Assembly (NCBI GenBank): GCA_951406725.2 | Contig: OX597814.1 | Coordinates: forward strand, 16,678,001 to 16,742,000 | Direction: 5' to 3' | DNA: 64,000 bases | Source: Octopus vulgaris | Taxonomy: Eukaryota | Shown: positions 15,896 to 29,407 of the stretch, piece by piece | Layout: the number at the start of each line of letters is the position of its first letter | Position numbering within the stretch: position 1 is the first letter of the stretch | Position numbers and translations under genes: made by a program | Notes under the pieces: generated by a model | Databases searched by the model: none | Seen by the model: only the letters and a program-made list of their open reading frames with translations | Told to the model about the DNA's origin: nothing

Positions 15896-16493
15896 ATTAT
15901 TCTACCTACATGCGGTACTTGTATTTTATACCAACAATATATATCTTGAATGTTTTATAAATAGCTAAAGATGAGTGGTATCAATTCTAAATTCGATAAA
16001 AGCAGTTGCTTGATTAATATTTGTCCGCTTCTATAGATATAGTGAGCAAGAATTTTCGTGTAAAACTAAGCTAGAATTTCAACACCCACCGACTAGTCCA
16101 CTAACAGTCCAAAGGCTGCTATACATTATCCAGGAATCTTTTCTGACACCACTGAGTTCTCAGGTTATATTCTATCACTGCTGCTTACTTAAACTTCCTT
16201 GTTCGGCAATTTAGCAATTTAATTATCTTTCAATACATATGCTAATAATAATTTTTAACCTATTTAACAGACATGAAATTTGTAAATGGGTTAGTCGATA
16301 AAATAAACAAAAGTGGGGACCAGTATATCATGTTCTCGACTTCAGAATGATGACAAGCACATTTGATCTTTACGTGATTCGAACTTAGAAATTAAAGGGT
16401 GAGAGTGAATATCTCGAGGCAGTGAAGTATTTGTTCTGGCACTGGAATAAAATGCATACACACACACATATTTAATACATACCTACATATATA

Positions 16494-16863
16494 TTCTTTT
16501 CTACTCTAGGCACAAAGCACGAAATTTTGGGGGAGGGGGCTAGTCGATTACATCGACCCCAGTACGTAACTGGTACTTGATTTATCGATCCCGAAAGGAT
16601 GAAAGGCAAAGTCGACCTCGGCAGAATTTGAACTCAGAACGTAGCGGAGACGAAATACTTATTTCTTTACTACCCACACGGGGCTAAAGACAGGGTGGAC
16701 AAACGAGGACAGACAAACGGATTAAGCCGATTACATCGACCCGAGTGCGTAACTGGTACTTATTTAATCGACCTCGGCAGAATTTGAACTCAGAACGTAG
16801 AGGAAGACGAAATGCTGCTAAGCATTTCGCCCTGCGGGCTAACGTTTCTCACAGTTCGTCGCC
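16494..16863 (-). mobile_element. SINE family C, two-unit form (long-tail unit plus short-tail unit)
   Basis: Two copies of gacctcggcagaatttgaactcagaacgtag but a single tRNA-like head at 16810-16863. Confidence 0.88.
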
Positions 16864-16873
16864 TTTATATATA

Positions 16874-17060
16874 TATACATAAATATGATAGGGATCCACT
16901 ATGTGGAAGCCCTTACGCTAAAAAGAGATCCGCATAAGTCTCAACCACTAAGAATTATTCTCCAGAAAATTTAGCAGACCATTAACGTAAGCGAGCAAGA
17001 CAAATGAAAAATAACAAAAATATAGATCTATATAGTGGATCCTTCTCATATTTATGTATA
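16874..17060. mobile_element. Short element with 29-bp terminal inverted repeats (MITE or Penelope-like remnant)
   Basis: tatacataaatatgatagggatccactat (16874-16902) is inverted at 17032-17060 with 2 mismatches, in a TA-rich context. Confidence 0.6.
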
Positions 17061-17171
17061 AATAATATTTACTGAATCTCAGTTTTTATGCGCTAGACCA
17101 CTGGTGTTGAATTGATGTTATTAAATTAATATCCAATTTTTCACCCTCATTTTGACTTTAATTATATATAT

Positions 17172-17240
<69 letters not shown>

Positions 17241-17243
<3 letters not shown>

Positions 17244-17448
17244 TTTTCTACTCCAGGCACATGGCACGAAATTTTGGGGGAGTGTGCCAGTCGATTAAAT
17301 CGATCCCAGCACGCAACTGGTACTTAATTTATCGACCCTGAAATGTTGAAAGGCAAAGTCGACCACGGCAGAATTTGAACTTATAACATAAAGACAGAAG
17401 AAATACCGCTAAATATTTCATCTGGCGTACTAACGTTTCTGCCAGCTC
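17241..17448 (-). mobile_element. SINE family C (short-tail monomer)
   Basis: Matches the family C head, body and short tail. Confidence 0.85.
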
Positions 17449-17907
17449 ACGTTTCTGCCACACACGTACATATGCATATATGCATATGCTCACTCACGCT
17501 CGCGTGAAACGCATACATGCACACCCACACACACCTATATGTGCATATATATATATATGCATCCATACACATGTACGCATACACATATCCGAACCTACGC
17601 ACGCACACACACACGTACACATAACCATACGCGCACAATTATATTCATATACATGTCTAAATACATATATGCTATATATATGCATATGCTCATTCACACT
17701 CGCGTGAAACACGTACATGCACATCCACACACACACCTATATGTATACATATATATGCAACCATACACATGTACACAAATACATACCCACGCACATGCAC
17801 ACAAGTATATATACCCATATGCGCAGAAATATGTTCCTATACACGTGTGTATACGCACATGCACAAACATGCAAGGTGAAAACTAATATACAGAAAAAAA
17901 ATATATA

Positions 17908-18198
17908 TCACGTGATCACGGGACAGACCAGACCATCAGATGTTACTACACATCGCTGGTCACAATGCGTTCGCATTGTTTTAGCCTTCCAATGACGCCA
18001 CCCCGCTGGCTAAGCGAGCAGGCCAACAGAAGAAAGAGTGAGAGAAAGGGTGGTGAAAGAGTACAGCTGGGATCACCACCCCCTGCCGGAGCTTCGTGTG
18101 TTTTCGCTCAATAAACACTCACAACACCCAGTCTGGGAATCGAAACTGCGATCCTACGACCGCGAGTCCGCTGCCCTAACCACAAGGCCATTGCGCCT
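17908..18198 (-). mobile_element. SINE family A1, near full length
   Basis: Reverse complement of the 7645-7898 head and tail. Confidence 0.9.
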
Positions 18199-18202
18199 CA
18201 TG

Positions 18203-18204
<2 letters not shown>

Positions 18205-18253
<49 letters not shown>

Positions 18254-18290
18254 ATATATATATATATATTATATAAATATATATTATATA

Positions 18291-18365
<75 letters not shown>

Positions 18366-18414
18366 TATATATAATATATATATATATTTATATATTATAT
18401 ATATATATATATAT
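18205..18414. repeat. Imperfect (TA)n tract
   Basis: Read directly from the sequence. Confidence 0.95.
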
Positions 18415-18953
18415 GGACACAATATAAAAAGCAGGTTTTATGTGTGATCTTGGGTGGGAACCCAAAACGTAGCACATATTTAGCCATATATGGACATTGA
18501 CCGAAAAAGTTCAGGTCTTGAATTAAATTTGCAGCGGGCTCTAAACTGCTTTTCCAGATAAGCCATCTTCCCATATCACAAAGACCGCACTTTTGATTCA
18601 CGCGAGTGTGAGAGAGCATATGCATATATGCACAAGTACGTGTGTGTGCGTGCGCGCATGTGTATGTACATGCGCTCATACGCGAATTCTATGAGCGTCT
18701 TTTACTTTCTCCCCTTTGGGTTTTTCCCTTTACTTAACGGTCATTCTAATAGTTCTTTTGTTTGTCTTAATAACGTTCATTTTCATAGCATTTTTGTTTG
18801 TCTTAATAACTGACGAGATGCCGGAGTAGATTTCTGCCTCGACATTCGAAGCTCGGAGTTTTCTTATGCCATCCGAATATTATATTACAAATTCCTCTGT
18901 TTACTTAATATTGAGATCTCATTCATTCTTTAGCTGTCACACTATTACTATTG

Positions 18954-18984
<31 letters not shown>

Positions 18985-19411
18985 AATCAAAAGGTGCTGT
19001 GTCTGACCTTTCGATTGGCGGTAAAATCAATTAAGTTAAACCTAATACTTCACTAATGCTGTATTGGATCGACTTTTAAAGGATAAATGGCAAAGATTAT
19101 TTCAGCGAAATTTGAATTCAGAAATGAATTACTCGTATCTAACGATGCAACATGTCCAACTGTCTAGGTATTTGGACATCGAGTCATCCACCGTAGTGTT
19201 GTTTTTAATTTAGGCCCACACCAACAATTTTGCCTGGAGGAGAATTCAATTCCAGTGATTCTATCACTTGTTTGGTTCTTTAATTTACCAACTCGGAGAA
19301 TGAAAGGAAAGTTGTCCTCAGTATTACGTAAAAATTGCAGCAGGACATTTTGTCAGATGTTCAAATGGCTCAATTACTCCACTGCCTAAATAACTATAAA
19401 TTTTTCTGAAG

Positions 19412-19615
19412 ACGGCTTGCCGGCAGAATCGTTAGTGCGCCGAACAAAATGCTCAAGACTTCGTCTTTACGTTCTGATATCCTACGCTGCCGAAGTCGGC
19501 TTTGCCTTTCATCCTTTCGGAAGTCGATAAAATAAGTACCAGTTGAGTACTGGGGTCAAAATAATCGACTTACCCTCCCCACAAAAATTTATTGGCCTTG
19601 TGCCAAAATTTGAAA
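19412..19615 (+). mobile_element. SINE family C, diverged
   Basis: ggcagaatcgttag...gcctttcatcctttcgg..gtcgataaaataagtaccag...ggccttgtgcc. Confidence 0.8.
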
Positions 19616-20972
19616 CTAGTAACTGTATTTGTTTCTAACAAAGGTACATAGCGAGTTGTCTGGAGTCATGGAAAGGTTGGTTAAATCGACCTCAGCATTT
19701 TACAGGCACTTTTGTTTTATCAAACCAAGAGGGGGAGAAACAGGAAATTAACCGCAGTGAGATTTGAACTCAGAACGTAACTGGTTGCAGCCAAAGAGGA
19801 ACTGCGTTCATTGATCTAATGATTCAGCCATCGATCATGCTCCGCAATAATAATAACCACACCAATAATAATTCGCTCCCTAACTGCACTCTCAACACAT
19901 TTGTTTGTGCCTTCTCATTCCTTTCTTACTTTGAAGTGATGTAAAATTATTTTTACAAAAGAAAAAAAAAAAGGGAAACTTTGTATCCTTTTTTGTTTAT
20001 TTCTTTCGATAAAATATTAATATTTCTTATCCTTATTATAAAAAAAGGTGCTGATTGATATATGTCTTTTTATTATCAGCTAATCGGATTTCCAACTTTA
20101 AAGATAAATTACAAATTATAAATTATCTTACGTTGCCAAAGAAAGACAAAGCACGCATAATTAGCTTTCGCGTATTTATGTTGATGCTATCTCAGTGTTT
20201 TTCATTCTATCTCTCCTTTCTTAATTCATGTATCATTTCCCCCCACACTTCTCTCTCTCTCTCTCTCCCTCTCTCTCTCTCATACTATCTTTTTCTGTTT
20301 ATGTGTATCAGTATATTTCTCTCTATCACATCCTCTCACTTTCTTAATAGTTCACTTTTCCCTCCCTAGTATGCATCGACGGGAAAATTATTTGATCGAT
20401 ACGCCACTATGCTATCAAGCACACAAAAAAAAAATCCTCTTATCAAAATTAAGGCTTTCGACATTCTATTTCATATTTAAAAATGAAAATACCGAAGAAG
20501 TAAATATATACAAGAAGTATTTATTTATTCTTTGTATGTTGTATGGTTTCCTATATTTCTGTGGCCTAATTCCTATGTGGCTATATGTATGCATGTGGCC
20601 GTAGATTCTTCTATTTTAAGACAAACTGTATTTAGTACTGCAATATCAAATATAGTCATAATTACGGTACAGAATATGGTAGGAAATTAAAAGTTTTGGT
20701 GTATGATTTCCAGCACAACAGCCATTTAGATAAGAGATTAAACTTGTTAAATAGCTTCGCGAATTTAATTCTTTTCCAGCAGAAAATGATAAGTAATGAG
20801 AGAAAGACTTCGTCCAGTGGTAAGTGCACTATTGAATATTGTAGCATCCTACTGTGTATCTTGAATAGAGAAACTCGGCAACGTCCATCCGCTTTACAGC
20901 AATACGTAGAAAATACAGAGTGTTACACTACAATATATTGCTAGTATTTCAGCCGAGAAAAAAACAAATAAT

Positions 20973-21429
20973 TACTCTTTACTGTTTTACTTGTTTCAGT
21001 CATTTGACTGCGGCCGTGCTGGAGCACCGCCTTTAGTCGAGCAAATCGACACCAGGACTTATTCTTTGTAAGCCTAGTACTTATTCTATCGGTCTCTTTT
21101 GCCGAACCGCTAACTTACAGGGATGTAAACACACCACCATCGGTTGTCAACCGATGTTGGAGGGACAACACAAACACACAAACGTATACACACATATACA
21201 TACATATATATATATATATATATATCCATACATACATACATACATACATACATACATACATACATACGACGGGCTTCTTTCAGTTTCCGTCTACCAAATC
21301 CCCTCACAAGCATTTGGTCGGCCCGAGGCTATAGTAAAAGACACTTGCCCACGGTGACACGCAGTTGGACTGAATCCGGAACCATGTGGTTGGTAAGCAA
21401 GCTCCTTACCACTCAGCCACTCCTACGCC
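20973..21429 (-). mobile_element. SINE family B, full length
   Basis: tRNA-like head (GGCGTAGGAGTGGCTGAGTGGTAAG...GGTTCCGGATTCAGTCC), CORE-like box (cacc.tgggcaagtgtctt), internal (TA/CA) microsatellite and an aaaagagt-type tail. Confidence 0.9.
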
Positions 21430-21882
21430 TAATTAGTTGATAATCACATTACAATATACATTCATAGTTCTATATTCTACAAGAATTTTGCATATTACAT
21501 ATGCGCGTGTGCGTGCGTTATCCTAAAAGCACCAAATGGAACGACACATTACCAAAATAATTTATTGCGGCAGCTCGGTTCCATTCCTATTTCCTCTCTT
21601 CAATTTTGTTGGTCAAATCTCATAACTCCAGACCGTTTGATGCGCAGGATCCGCGAGCCGCACACGAAAAAAATGGAACACAGAATACATAAAGGAAGTT
21701 ACTACTTTATATAATGTACACACGTTTCGAAAGACCGGCTAAAATCAGTTACATCGGTATAAAAATTGGTTTCTTGAACAAATGATGTTGTAGAACGTTA
21801 GGGCAAGTTTCGCCATTTTTTCCAGAAAACGCTAAGATGCCTTGCTTTTTATATATCGATATAGTGTCATCTGAGTTGTTTT

Positions 21883-22212
21883 TTCTCTTTTATTTGTTTC
21901 AGTCATTTGACTGCCGCCATGCTGGAGCACCGCCTTTAGTCGAGCAAATCGACACCAGGACTTATTCTTTGTAAGCCTAGTACTTATTCTATCGGTCTCT
22001 GTTGCCGAACCGCTAAGTGACAGGGACGTGAACACACAAGCATCGGTTGTCAAGCAATGCTAGGGGGACAAACACAGACACACAAACACGTACACACACA
22101 TACATATATATATACATATATACGACAGGCTTCTTTCAGTTTCCGTCTACCAAATCCACTCACAAGGCATTGGTCGGCCCGGGGCTATAGCAGAAGGCAC
22201 TTGCCCAAGATG
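21883..22212 (-). mobile_element. SINE family B, 5'-truncated
   Basis: High similarity to 20973-21429. Confidence 0.88.
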
Positions 22213-22442
22213 ACATGTCTAACGAATAAAAAGAAACAAACTTGTCATTCATAACTCGGTAGCTGTACTAGAAATCGGATCAGGCTGCTACCGTTTCAAC
22301 GATAAGGTTAGTCAAAATTTGATTGAGAACGTACAGTTGGATCACAGCAGCCTAGGCCTGAAACCTATGGAGGGCTGCCATCCACTTTCAATACTGAGTG
22401 CTTATACATACGGATAATCCAGTCGTTGTCAATACCGAAAGA

Positions 22443-22476
<34 letters not shown>

Positions 22477-22554
22477 TTACTACTACTACTACTACTACTA
22501 TAGCAATGATAGGGATTATGATTGTGAATGATACCGATAGAGAATGAGGTAATA

Positions 22555-23000
22555 ACCCTTTTCTGTTAAAAGCACAAGAGCGGAAGTTTTGAGAGGAGAA
22601 GTAAGTCGATAACATCGACCCCAGAACTCTCCTGTCTCTTATTTTATCACCACCGCAAGTATGAAAGGCAAAGTCGAACTCAGCAGCATTTGAATATAAA
22701 ACGTAAAGATGGACGAAATGCCGCTAAGCATTTTATGCAGCACGCAAAATGTTCAAACATCTTGCCTCTTCATTGGAGATAATAATGATTTCAAATTTTG
22801 GTACAAGGCTAGCGATTTCATGGGTAGGATGATTCCACTTCATCGACCAAAGTGCTCGAGGGGTCCTTATTTTATTGACCCAGAAAAGGTGAAAGGCAAA
22901 GTCGATCTCGGCAAAATTTGAACGTAGCATGTAAAGACAGACGAAATGCCGGTAAGTATTTTGCCCGACAAACGTACGGTTCGGCCAGCTTGCCTCCTAA
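22555..23000 (-). mobile_element. Two older SINE family C copies
   Basis: The motif gaaaggcaaagtcga..tc.gc..atttgaa occurs at about 22662 and 22891. Confidence 0.75.
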
Positions 23001-23002
23001 AT

Positions 23003-23425
23003 GAGGAGCTGGCAGAAACATTAGCTCGCCGGTCGAGATGCTTATCGGTATTTCGTCTGCCGCTACGATCTGAGTTCATATTCCGCCGAGGTCGACTTTA
23101 CCTTTCATCCTTTCGGGGTCGATTAAATAAGTAAAATAAGTACCAGTTACGTACTGTGGTCGGTATAATCGACTTAATCCGTTTGTCTGGCCTTGTTTGT
23201 CCTCTCTGTGTTTGGCCCTTGTGGCTAGTAAAGAAATAGGTATTTCGTCTGCCGCAACGTTCTGAGTTCAAATTCCGCCGAGGTCAACTTTGTCTTTCAT
23301 CCTCTCGGGGTCGATTAAATAAGTACCAGTTACACACTACGGTCGATATTATCGACTTAAGCCGTTTGTCTGTCCTTGTTTGACCCCTCTGTGTGTAGCC
23401 CCTTGTGGACAATAAAGAAATAATA
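23003..23425 (+). mobile_element. SINE family C, head plus two tandem long-tail units
   Basis: The unit junction aaagaaatagg|tatttcgtctgccg is at about 23240. Confidence 0.88.
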
Positions 23426-23972
23426 AATGGGGATGATAATAACAATGAAAAACATGGGGATTTTGACAATGTGAAGAAGGTGATTATATCTTTCATGATG
23501 GTGAATATTCATAACGCTATGATGGTTTTAATGATAATGATAGTGTAAACAATTTTTACTTTTAGTAGAGGTATATCAAATCATTTCAAAATAAAGTGAG
23601 AAGAAATATCTTACAAAAATTTTATATCTTATATTTCACATACAGTTATCATTCAGACTTTCACATTATTTTCGAGGGGTGAGAGAATTTCGGTAAGAGC
23701 AATCAATAAATAAATCGACTTTTCCACGTGGGATTTCAACGGTAAACCATCACATATATTATTACCACGACAGCGAGGTGTAGCAAACAATTCTTTGACA
23801 TCTGTTAATGGTAAAAGTGTTTTATAGTTCTGCATCCTATCACACACACACACACACGTACACACACACATACATGAATACAGTTATTCAATTCTGATAC
23901 AAAAAAAGTAGAGTATTAAGAAGTGAAAAAGATGAACTTTGGAATAAGAAATCACATCAATATCCCGAATGC

Positions 23973-24016
23973 TATGTATATATATATATATGTATATATA
24001 TATATACATATATATG

Positions 24017-24109
<93 letters not shown>

Positions 24110-24110
24110 C

Positions 24111-24143
<33 letters not shown>

Positions 24144-24155
24144 CATATGTGTGTG

Positions 24156-24191
<36 letters not shown>

Positions 24192-24217
24192 TACATACAT
24201 ACATACATATATATATA

Positions 24218-24285
<68 letters not shown>

Positions 24286-24290
24286 GAGCG

Positions 24291-24386
<96 letters not shown>
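23973..24386. repeat. Long compound (TA)/(TACA)/(GATA) microsatellite
   Basis: Read directly from the sequence. Confidence 0.96.
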
Positions 24387-24869
24387 GTGTTCGTATATAA
24401 CAATGACCTACCCTGCTGGAAAAGGCCAGTACTTTAGTAATTTCATTTCTTTGCAATACTGTATCTACTCCAGTTACATTACTAAAACTCTTGGGATATG
24501 AACATATTTCATGGACATCAGAAATGCCATTTGCCCATCTCTTAGAAACTTATAATAGACTTAGATTTATCTATGCAGCGTTCGAGATATATAACTATTT
24601 AACTTTATAGAACACACAGAGAAAGATAAATGCGCACGTACATACACATTTACACATCATTATACATTTACGTAGATATATAATTCACGATCTTTTTGTG
24701 TGAGTGTGTAATTGTATGTGTATGTTTAAGTGTGCATGGGTACGTCTGATGGATATTTATGATCAGTGAAGTCCCTAATCTTATTATTTCACCAGATGGG
24801 TGAATATTCAATATTTATTTAATATTAGTATGTGTTTATATATATAACAGTGTATGTGCACGTGCGCGC

Positions 24870-24900
<31 letters not shown>

Positions 24901-25002
24901 CATTCATTTTTGCCTATATATTTATGTGTATCTCTCTTTCCCTTTCTACCTCTCTCTATCTGTATCTATATGTATATATATATGTGTGTGTGTGTGTGTA
25001 TG

Positions 25003-25057
<55 letters not shown>

Positions 25058-25299
25058 ATCTATGAAGCAATATCTCTATCTATCTATCCACCTATATATG
25101 TATGATTGTGTATATTTGTTTGTATATGAGTATGGCTGTGAGTTATTTCCTCTAACTATACAAGTATATACAAATGTACATTATAAATAAATGACGATGT
25201 CAGATTTTTCTCTGTTTCCATTACAAACTTAAGTGTGTGCGTCTAAGCATTGCCATGAATTGCCTTCACGATCTAAGATCTTGCTTTGTTCTCAACGGA

Positions 25300-25301
<2 letters not shown>

Positions 25302-25348
<47 letters not shown>

Positions 25349-25425
25349 ATGCATATATAAATACATATGTATGTATATACATGTATGTATGTATATATAT
25401 ATGTATGTGCATGTATCTATATATC

Positions 25426-25467
<42 letters not shown>

Positions 25468-25545
25468 TACATACATGTGTGTATGTATATATGTATATGT
25501 ATATATATATACATATCTGTGTGTATGTATATATATATATGTATG

Positions 25546-25584
<39 letters not shown>

Positions 25585-25623
25585 GTATATATATATGTAT
25601 ATATCTATATGTATGTATATATC

Positions 25624-25670
<47 letters not shown>

Positions 25671-25697
25671 ACATATTATATATATATATAAATATAT
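25302..25697. repeat. Long (TA)/(TATG) low-complexity tract
   Basis: Read directly from the sequence. Confidence 0.95.
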
Positions 25698-26136
25698 CGT
25701 CAACATCCTGACATGAGTAACAAGAATTTCTTCACTGCGTTTCGTGAAGTCAAAATGTATTAAGTTCCATTTTACCCTTTACATGCCGCTTCTGTTCCTT
25801 CCAATATCTCTTTTGGGAATCAAAAAAGAACTTGATAGATTAGATCGTTTCAGACAACGTCTAGCCCAGATTGAAACAGGTTGTCTTTAGTTTAATTTCC
25901 TTTGTTGGAGAATACGCTGGATACAGAAGAAGAATTTTCCTTGGTGTAATGGTAAAGGTTTTTTGAAAAGGCGATCTTCATAAATAGAACTAATGCGTCT
26001 CAAACATATTACAAATGTATCAAGTTTTATCAAGGAGAAGAAAATCTAAATACTACATTTAAAATTACATTTTAATGCTAAAAAGAAGTTAGACCAATCT
26101 TACCTTGGCTAAGAAGGAACGACATTGTTCTAGAAT

Positions 26137-26519
26137 GGATGGAAGCACTCCGTCGGTTACGACGACGAGGGTTCCGGTTGATCCGATCAACGGAACAGCC
26201 TGCTCGTGAAATTAACGTGTAAGTGACTGAGCACTCCACAGACACGTGTACCCTTAACGCAGTTCTCGGGGATATTCAGCGTGACACAGAGAGTGACAAG
26301 GCCGGCCCTTTGAAATACAGGCACATCAGAAACAGGAAGTAAGAGTGAGAGAAAGTTGTGGTGAAAGAGCAGGGATCACCACCATCCCCTGCCGGAGCCT
26401 CGTGGAGCCTTTAGGTGTTTTCGCTCAATAAACACTCACAACGCCCGGTCTGGGAATCGAAACCGCGATCCTACGACCGCGAGTCCGCTGTCCTAACCAC
26501 TGGGCCATTGCGCCTCCAC
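26137..26519 (-). mobile_element. SINE family A, tail type A2, full length with 11-bp TSD
   Basis: Same tRNA head as A1 with a different 3' half. TSD tgttctagaat at 26126-26136 and 26520-26530. Confidence 0.92.
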
Positions 26520-27094
26520 TGTTCTAGAATAGCAGGCAACTGAACTGTCTTACATGAAACCCGGCACTCTTGTATCACGATACCTTTCCGAAAGAGCAAT
26601 ATTATTATTTTTCTTATTTGTTTGCCCTTAAATTCTTAAATTCTGATTCCATACTATACAGGAATATATCATTTATCTTATGTCATTTAAGTTTAATGTC
26701 TGAAAATGTCTAAAAGATTGCGAACATGTTGAGGTACCACCTTGGAGAAATTTTAGTCGAATGAATCGATCTCAATGCATAATTTCTCAGATTGATGCTT
26801 GTTAAATACACGAGAGAATAGACTAAACAGAACAGGAGAGACTCGTGGGATTGTTAGTCGCTGAAGACATCACTGGTGTGCGACGAAAAATGTCCAGACA
26901 ATGGATGTGAAATAAGAACAGTAATAAAGAAGGGAAGAACGAATAATCAATGCTTGTGTTTATTTGGCAAGAAAAAGTACCATTCCGAAATATAACAATA
27001 TCTATTTCAGCGCACATGATTTCAGATCAAGAATATTGCAAAACGTATATACAACGCGTGTTTGTGTATATACATACATACATACATACATACA

Positions 27095-27175
<81 letters not shown>

Positions 27176-27288
27176 CTAGGTACGGTAGATAAGTTCAGTA
27201 AAATTTATATTCAGATGAATGTGGTACTTAAGTTGAAGGCACCAGAACTTAGTATGGTATTATCCATATAATTTAAAATAAGGTGATT

Positions 27289-27616
27289 ATAATCAAAATA
27301 AGCAGCAAGGATACCCAGAGGTAATGCAGTAAGATCGTTTCATGCGACTCCATTTAATTGAACAATACAAACATTACATCAATTTAAAATGTAGAGCAAC
27401 TGTGATGTTGTTGGTAAAACATGTTCTTTGTATATCTCCTTATCTTCTTGTTGATTTTGGATTTTTAAAAATTATACAAATTCTATATTTTTGTGCAGCT
27501 GAAGATTGCTCTACATTTTAAATTGATGTAATATTTGCATTGTTCAATTAAATGGAGTCGCATGAAACGATCATACTGCATTACCTCTGGATATCCTTGT
27601 TGCTTATTTTGATTAT
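27289..27616 (+). mobile_element. Penelope-like pLTR remnant: 111-bp inverted repeat carrying a hammerhead motif
   Basis: Arms 27289-27399 and 27506-27616 have 5 mismatches. The right arm overlaps a CTGAAGA...GAAAC hammerhead core. Confidence 0.7.
27494..27580 (+). ncRNA. Type I minimal hammerhead ribozyme motif (probably mutated)
   Basis: Stem I tgcag (27494-98) pairs with ctgca (27576-80). Core CTGAAGA is at 27499-505, followed by a long bulged stem II and GAAA (27564-67). Stem III CGATC(A) is near-palindromic and UH is TA (27574-75). Confidence 0.6.
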
Positions 27617-27654
27617 ATATATATGTGTGTGTGTGTGTGTGTTCACACACGTCA

Positions 27655-27800
27655 AGTTTCTTTCAGTTTCCATCTACCAAATCCACTCACAAGACTTTAG
27701 TTGGTTCGAGGTTAGAAAAGACACTTGCCCAAGGTGTCGCACAGTGGGACTGAACCCAGAACTATGTGGTTGGGAAGCAAGATTCCTACCAGGCACCCAC
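27655..27800 (-). mobile_element. SINE family B, 5' portion, diverged
   Basis: ttctttcagtttcc.tctaccaaatccactcacaag...gacacttgcccaaggtg. Confidence 0.8.
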
Positions 27801-28442
27801 GCTAAATTACTGCTTATTTAGACGCCACGCTGTATTGGTAAATGATAGTTACATCTGTCAGTCAGAGTATATTATCCTATTAATGTTTTATAAACAAAGG
27901 CGACGAGAATTGTATTTTTAGAAACTGTTTATAAATTTTTAAAAGGAGTGCGTCATTTTGTCAGCCACTCCTAGATTTCCCTGTCAACCATATACCAATA
28001 TCAAGATAGACATACTGAAGTGAGACGTGCACATGATGACTTAAATTCTAAAGAGTGCCAGCGTCATTCTGGGGACATTTAACTCTCATTTACGTGTCAA
28101 GATCTACTGTGTCACAAAACAGTAGACTGGCAAATTCAACGGCTGAACTGCACAGTTTGATCTGATTAAAGATCACACTGCGTGAAAGGATGGTATATCT
28201 GGACAAGTAGACTCGTCGTGCGCGTGCATGTGTGTCTGTGCGCGTGCATGTGTGTCTGTGCGCGTGCGCATGTCCAGTCAATTGATTAGGGTAACCAAAT
28301 AATCTAATTCTTTCAAGAAAACAAGATAATTTAAAGTATGGTGTTGCTTACTGTGAAGGGAATAGCTTTTTTGTCAGAAAATGTTCGTTGAGCGTCTTAG
28401 TATTTTCTTGATTCGCGGGGAAACAAATAAAAGAGTAAAAGT

Positions 28443-28800
28443 TACTCTTTTATTTGTTTCAGTCATTTGACTGCAGCACCGCCTTTAGTCGAGAGCATCG
28501 ACCCCAGGACTTATTCTTTGTAAGCCTAGTACTTATTCTATCGGTCTCTTTTGCCGAACCAGTAGGTTACGGGGACATAAACACACCAGCATCGGTTGTC
28601 AAGCGAGTTGGGAGAACAAACACAAAGACACACACATACACACACACGCGCCCATATATATATATATATATACGACGGGCTTCTTTCAGTTTCCCTCTAC
28701 CAAATCCACTCACAAGGCTTTGGTCGGCCCGAGGCTATAGTAGAAAACACTTGCCCAAGGTGCCACGCAGTGGTACTGAACCCGGAACCATGTGGTTGGT
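28443..28800 (-). mobile_element. SINE family B
   Basis: High similarity to the other family B copies. Confidence 0.88.
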
Positions 28801-29238
28801 GTAAACAAGCTGTTTTTTTTTTCTTTTTTTCTCTCTCCAATTTAGTCTTATTAGGATAATGTAATCAAAAATAATCCAGCATAATGATTTTCAGGCAGAG
28901 ATTGCCTCAGACAATCTTTTTACCGTACCCCCTCTTATAACAGGCCATAGTGTAATATGAGGAATATTTAGCCTTTACTGCTAGCAATTTAAATTTCCAC
29001 ATATACGTTCTGCGTTTGTTCACTGTCTACTGTGTTTACTGACTTGAAACTACATCGACAGTTTTCTATCGTCTTTTCCGATTACACTATTTATCACCTA
29101 CAACTTGACATTAATGTTGATGGTAACGATTAGTAGGAAATGAAGTGGATGATGACGTCATCATCAACATCATCAATATCATTATGTTGTTGATGGCGTG
29201 GACAAAGATGATGCTGTTGATACAATAATGCGGAGCTA

Positions 29239-29278
<40 letters not shown>

Positions 29279-29407
29279 CGAAGACGATAATGATGGCGAT
29301 GACGAGGGAAAAACTGATTTTTACTGGAAGCGAGTGGACTAAATCGTAAAAGTGTCTGAAAGAATACCTTGTGGTATTTTCCCAGCTCACTGAGTTCTAA
29401 ATTTAAG

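Noticed and set aside
20780-20819. Possible micro-exon (ttttccag...agtg|gtaagt)
   Set aside because: The splice signals are plausible, but there are no partner exons or recognisable peptide, and such matches are expected by chance in 64 kb.
23884-25716. Long ORFs rich in YI/IY/CV/HT
   Set aside because: They are translations of (TA)n, (TG)n and (TATG)n microsatellites, not proteins. The same applies to the poly-I, L, N, C, H and G ORFs throughout the window.
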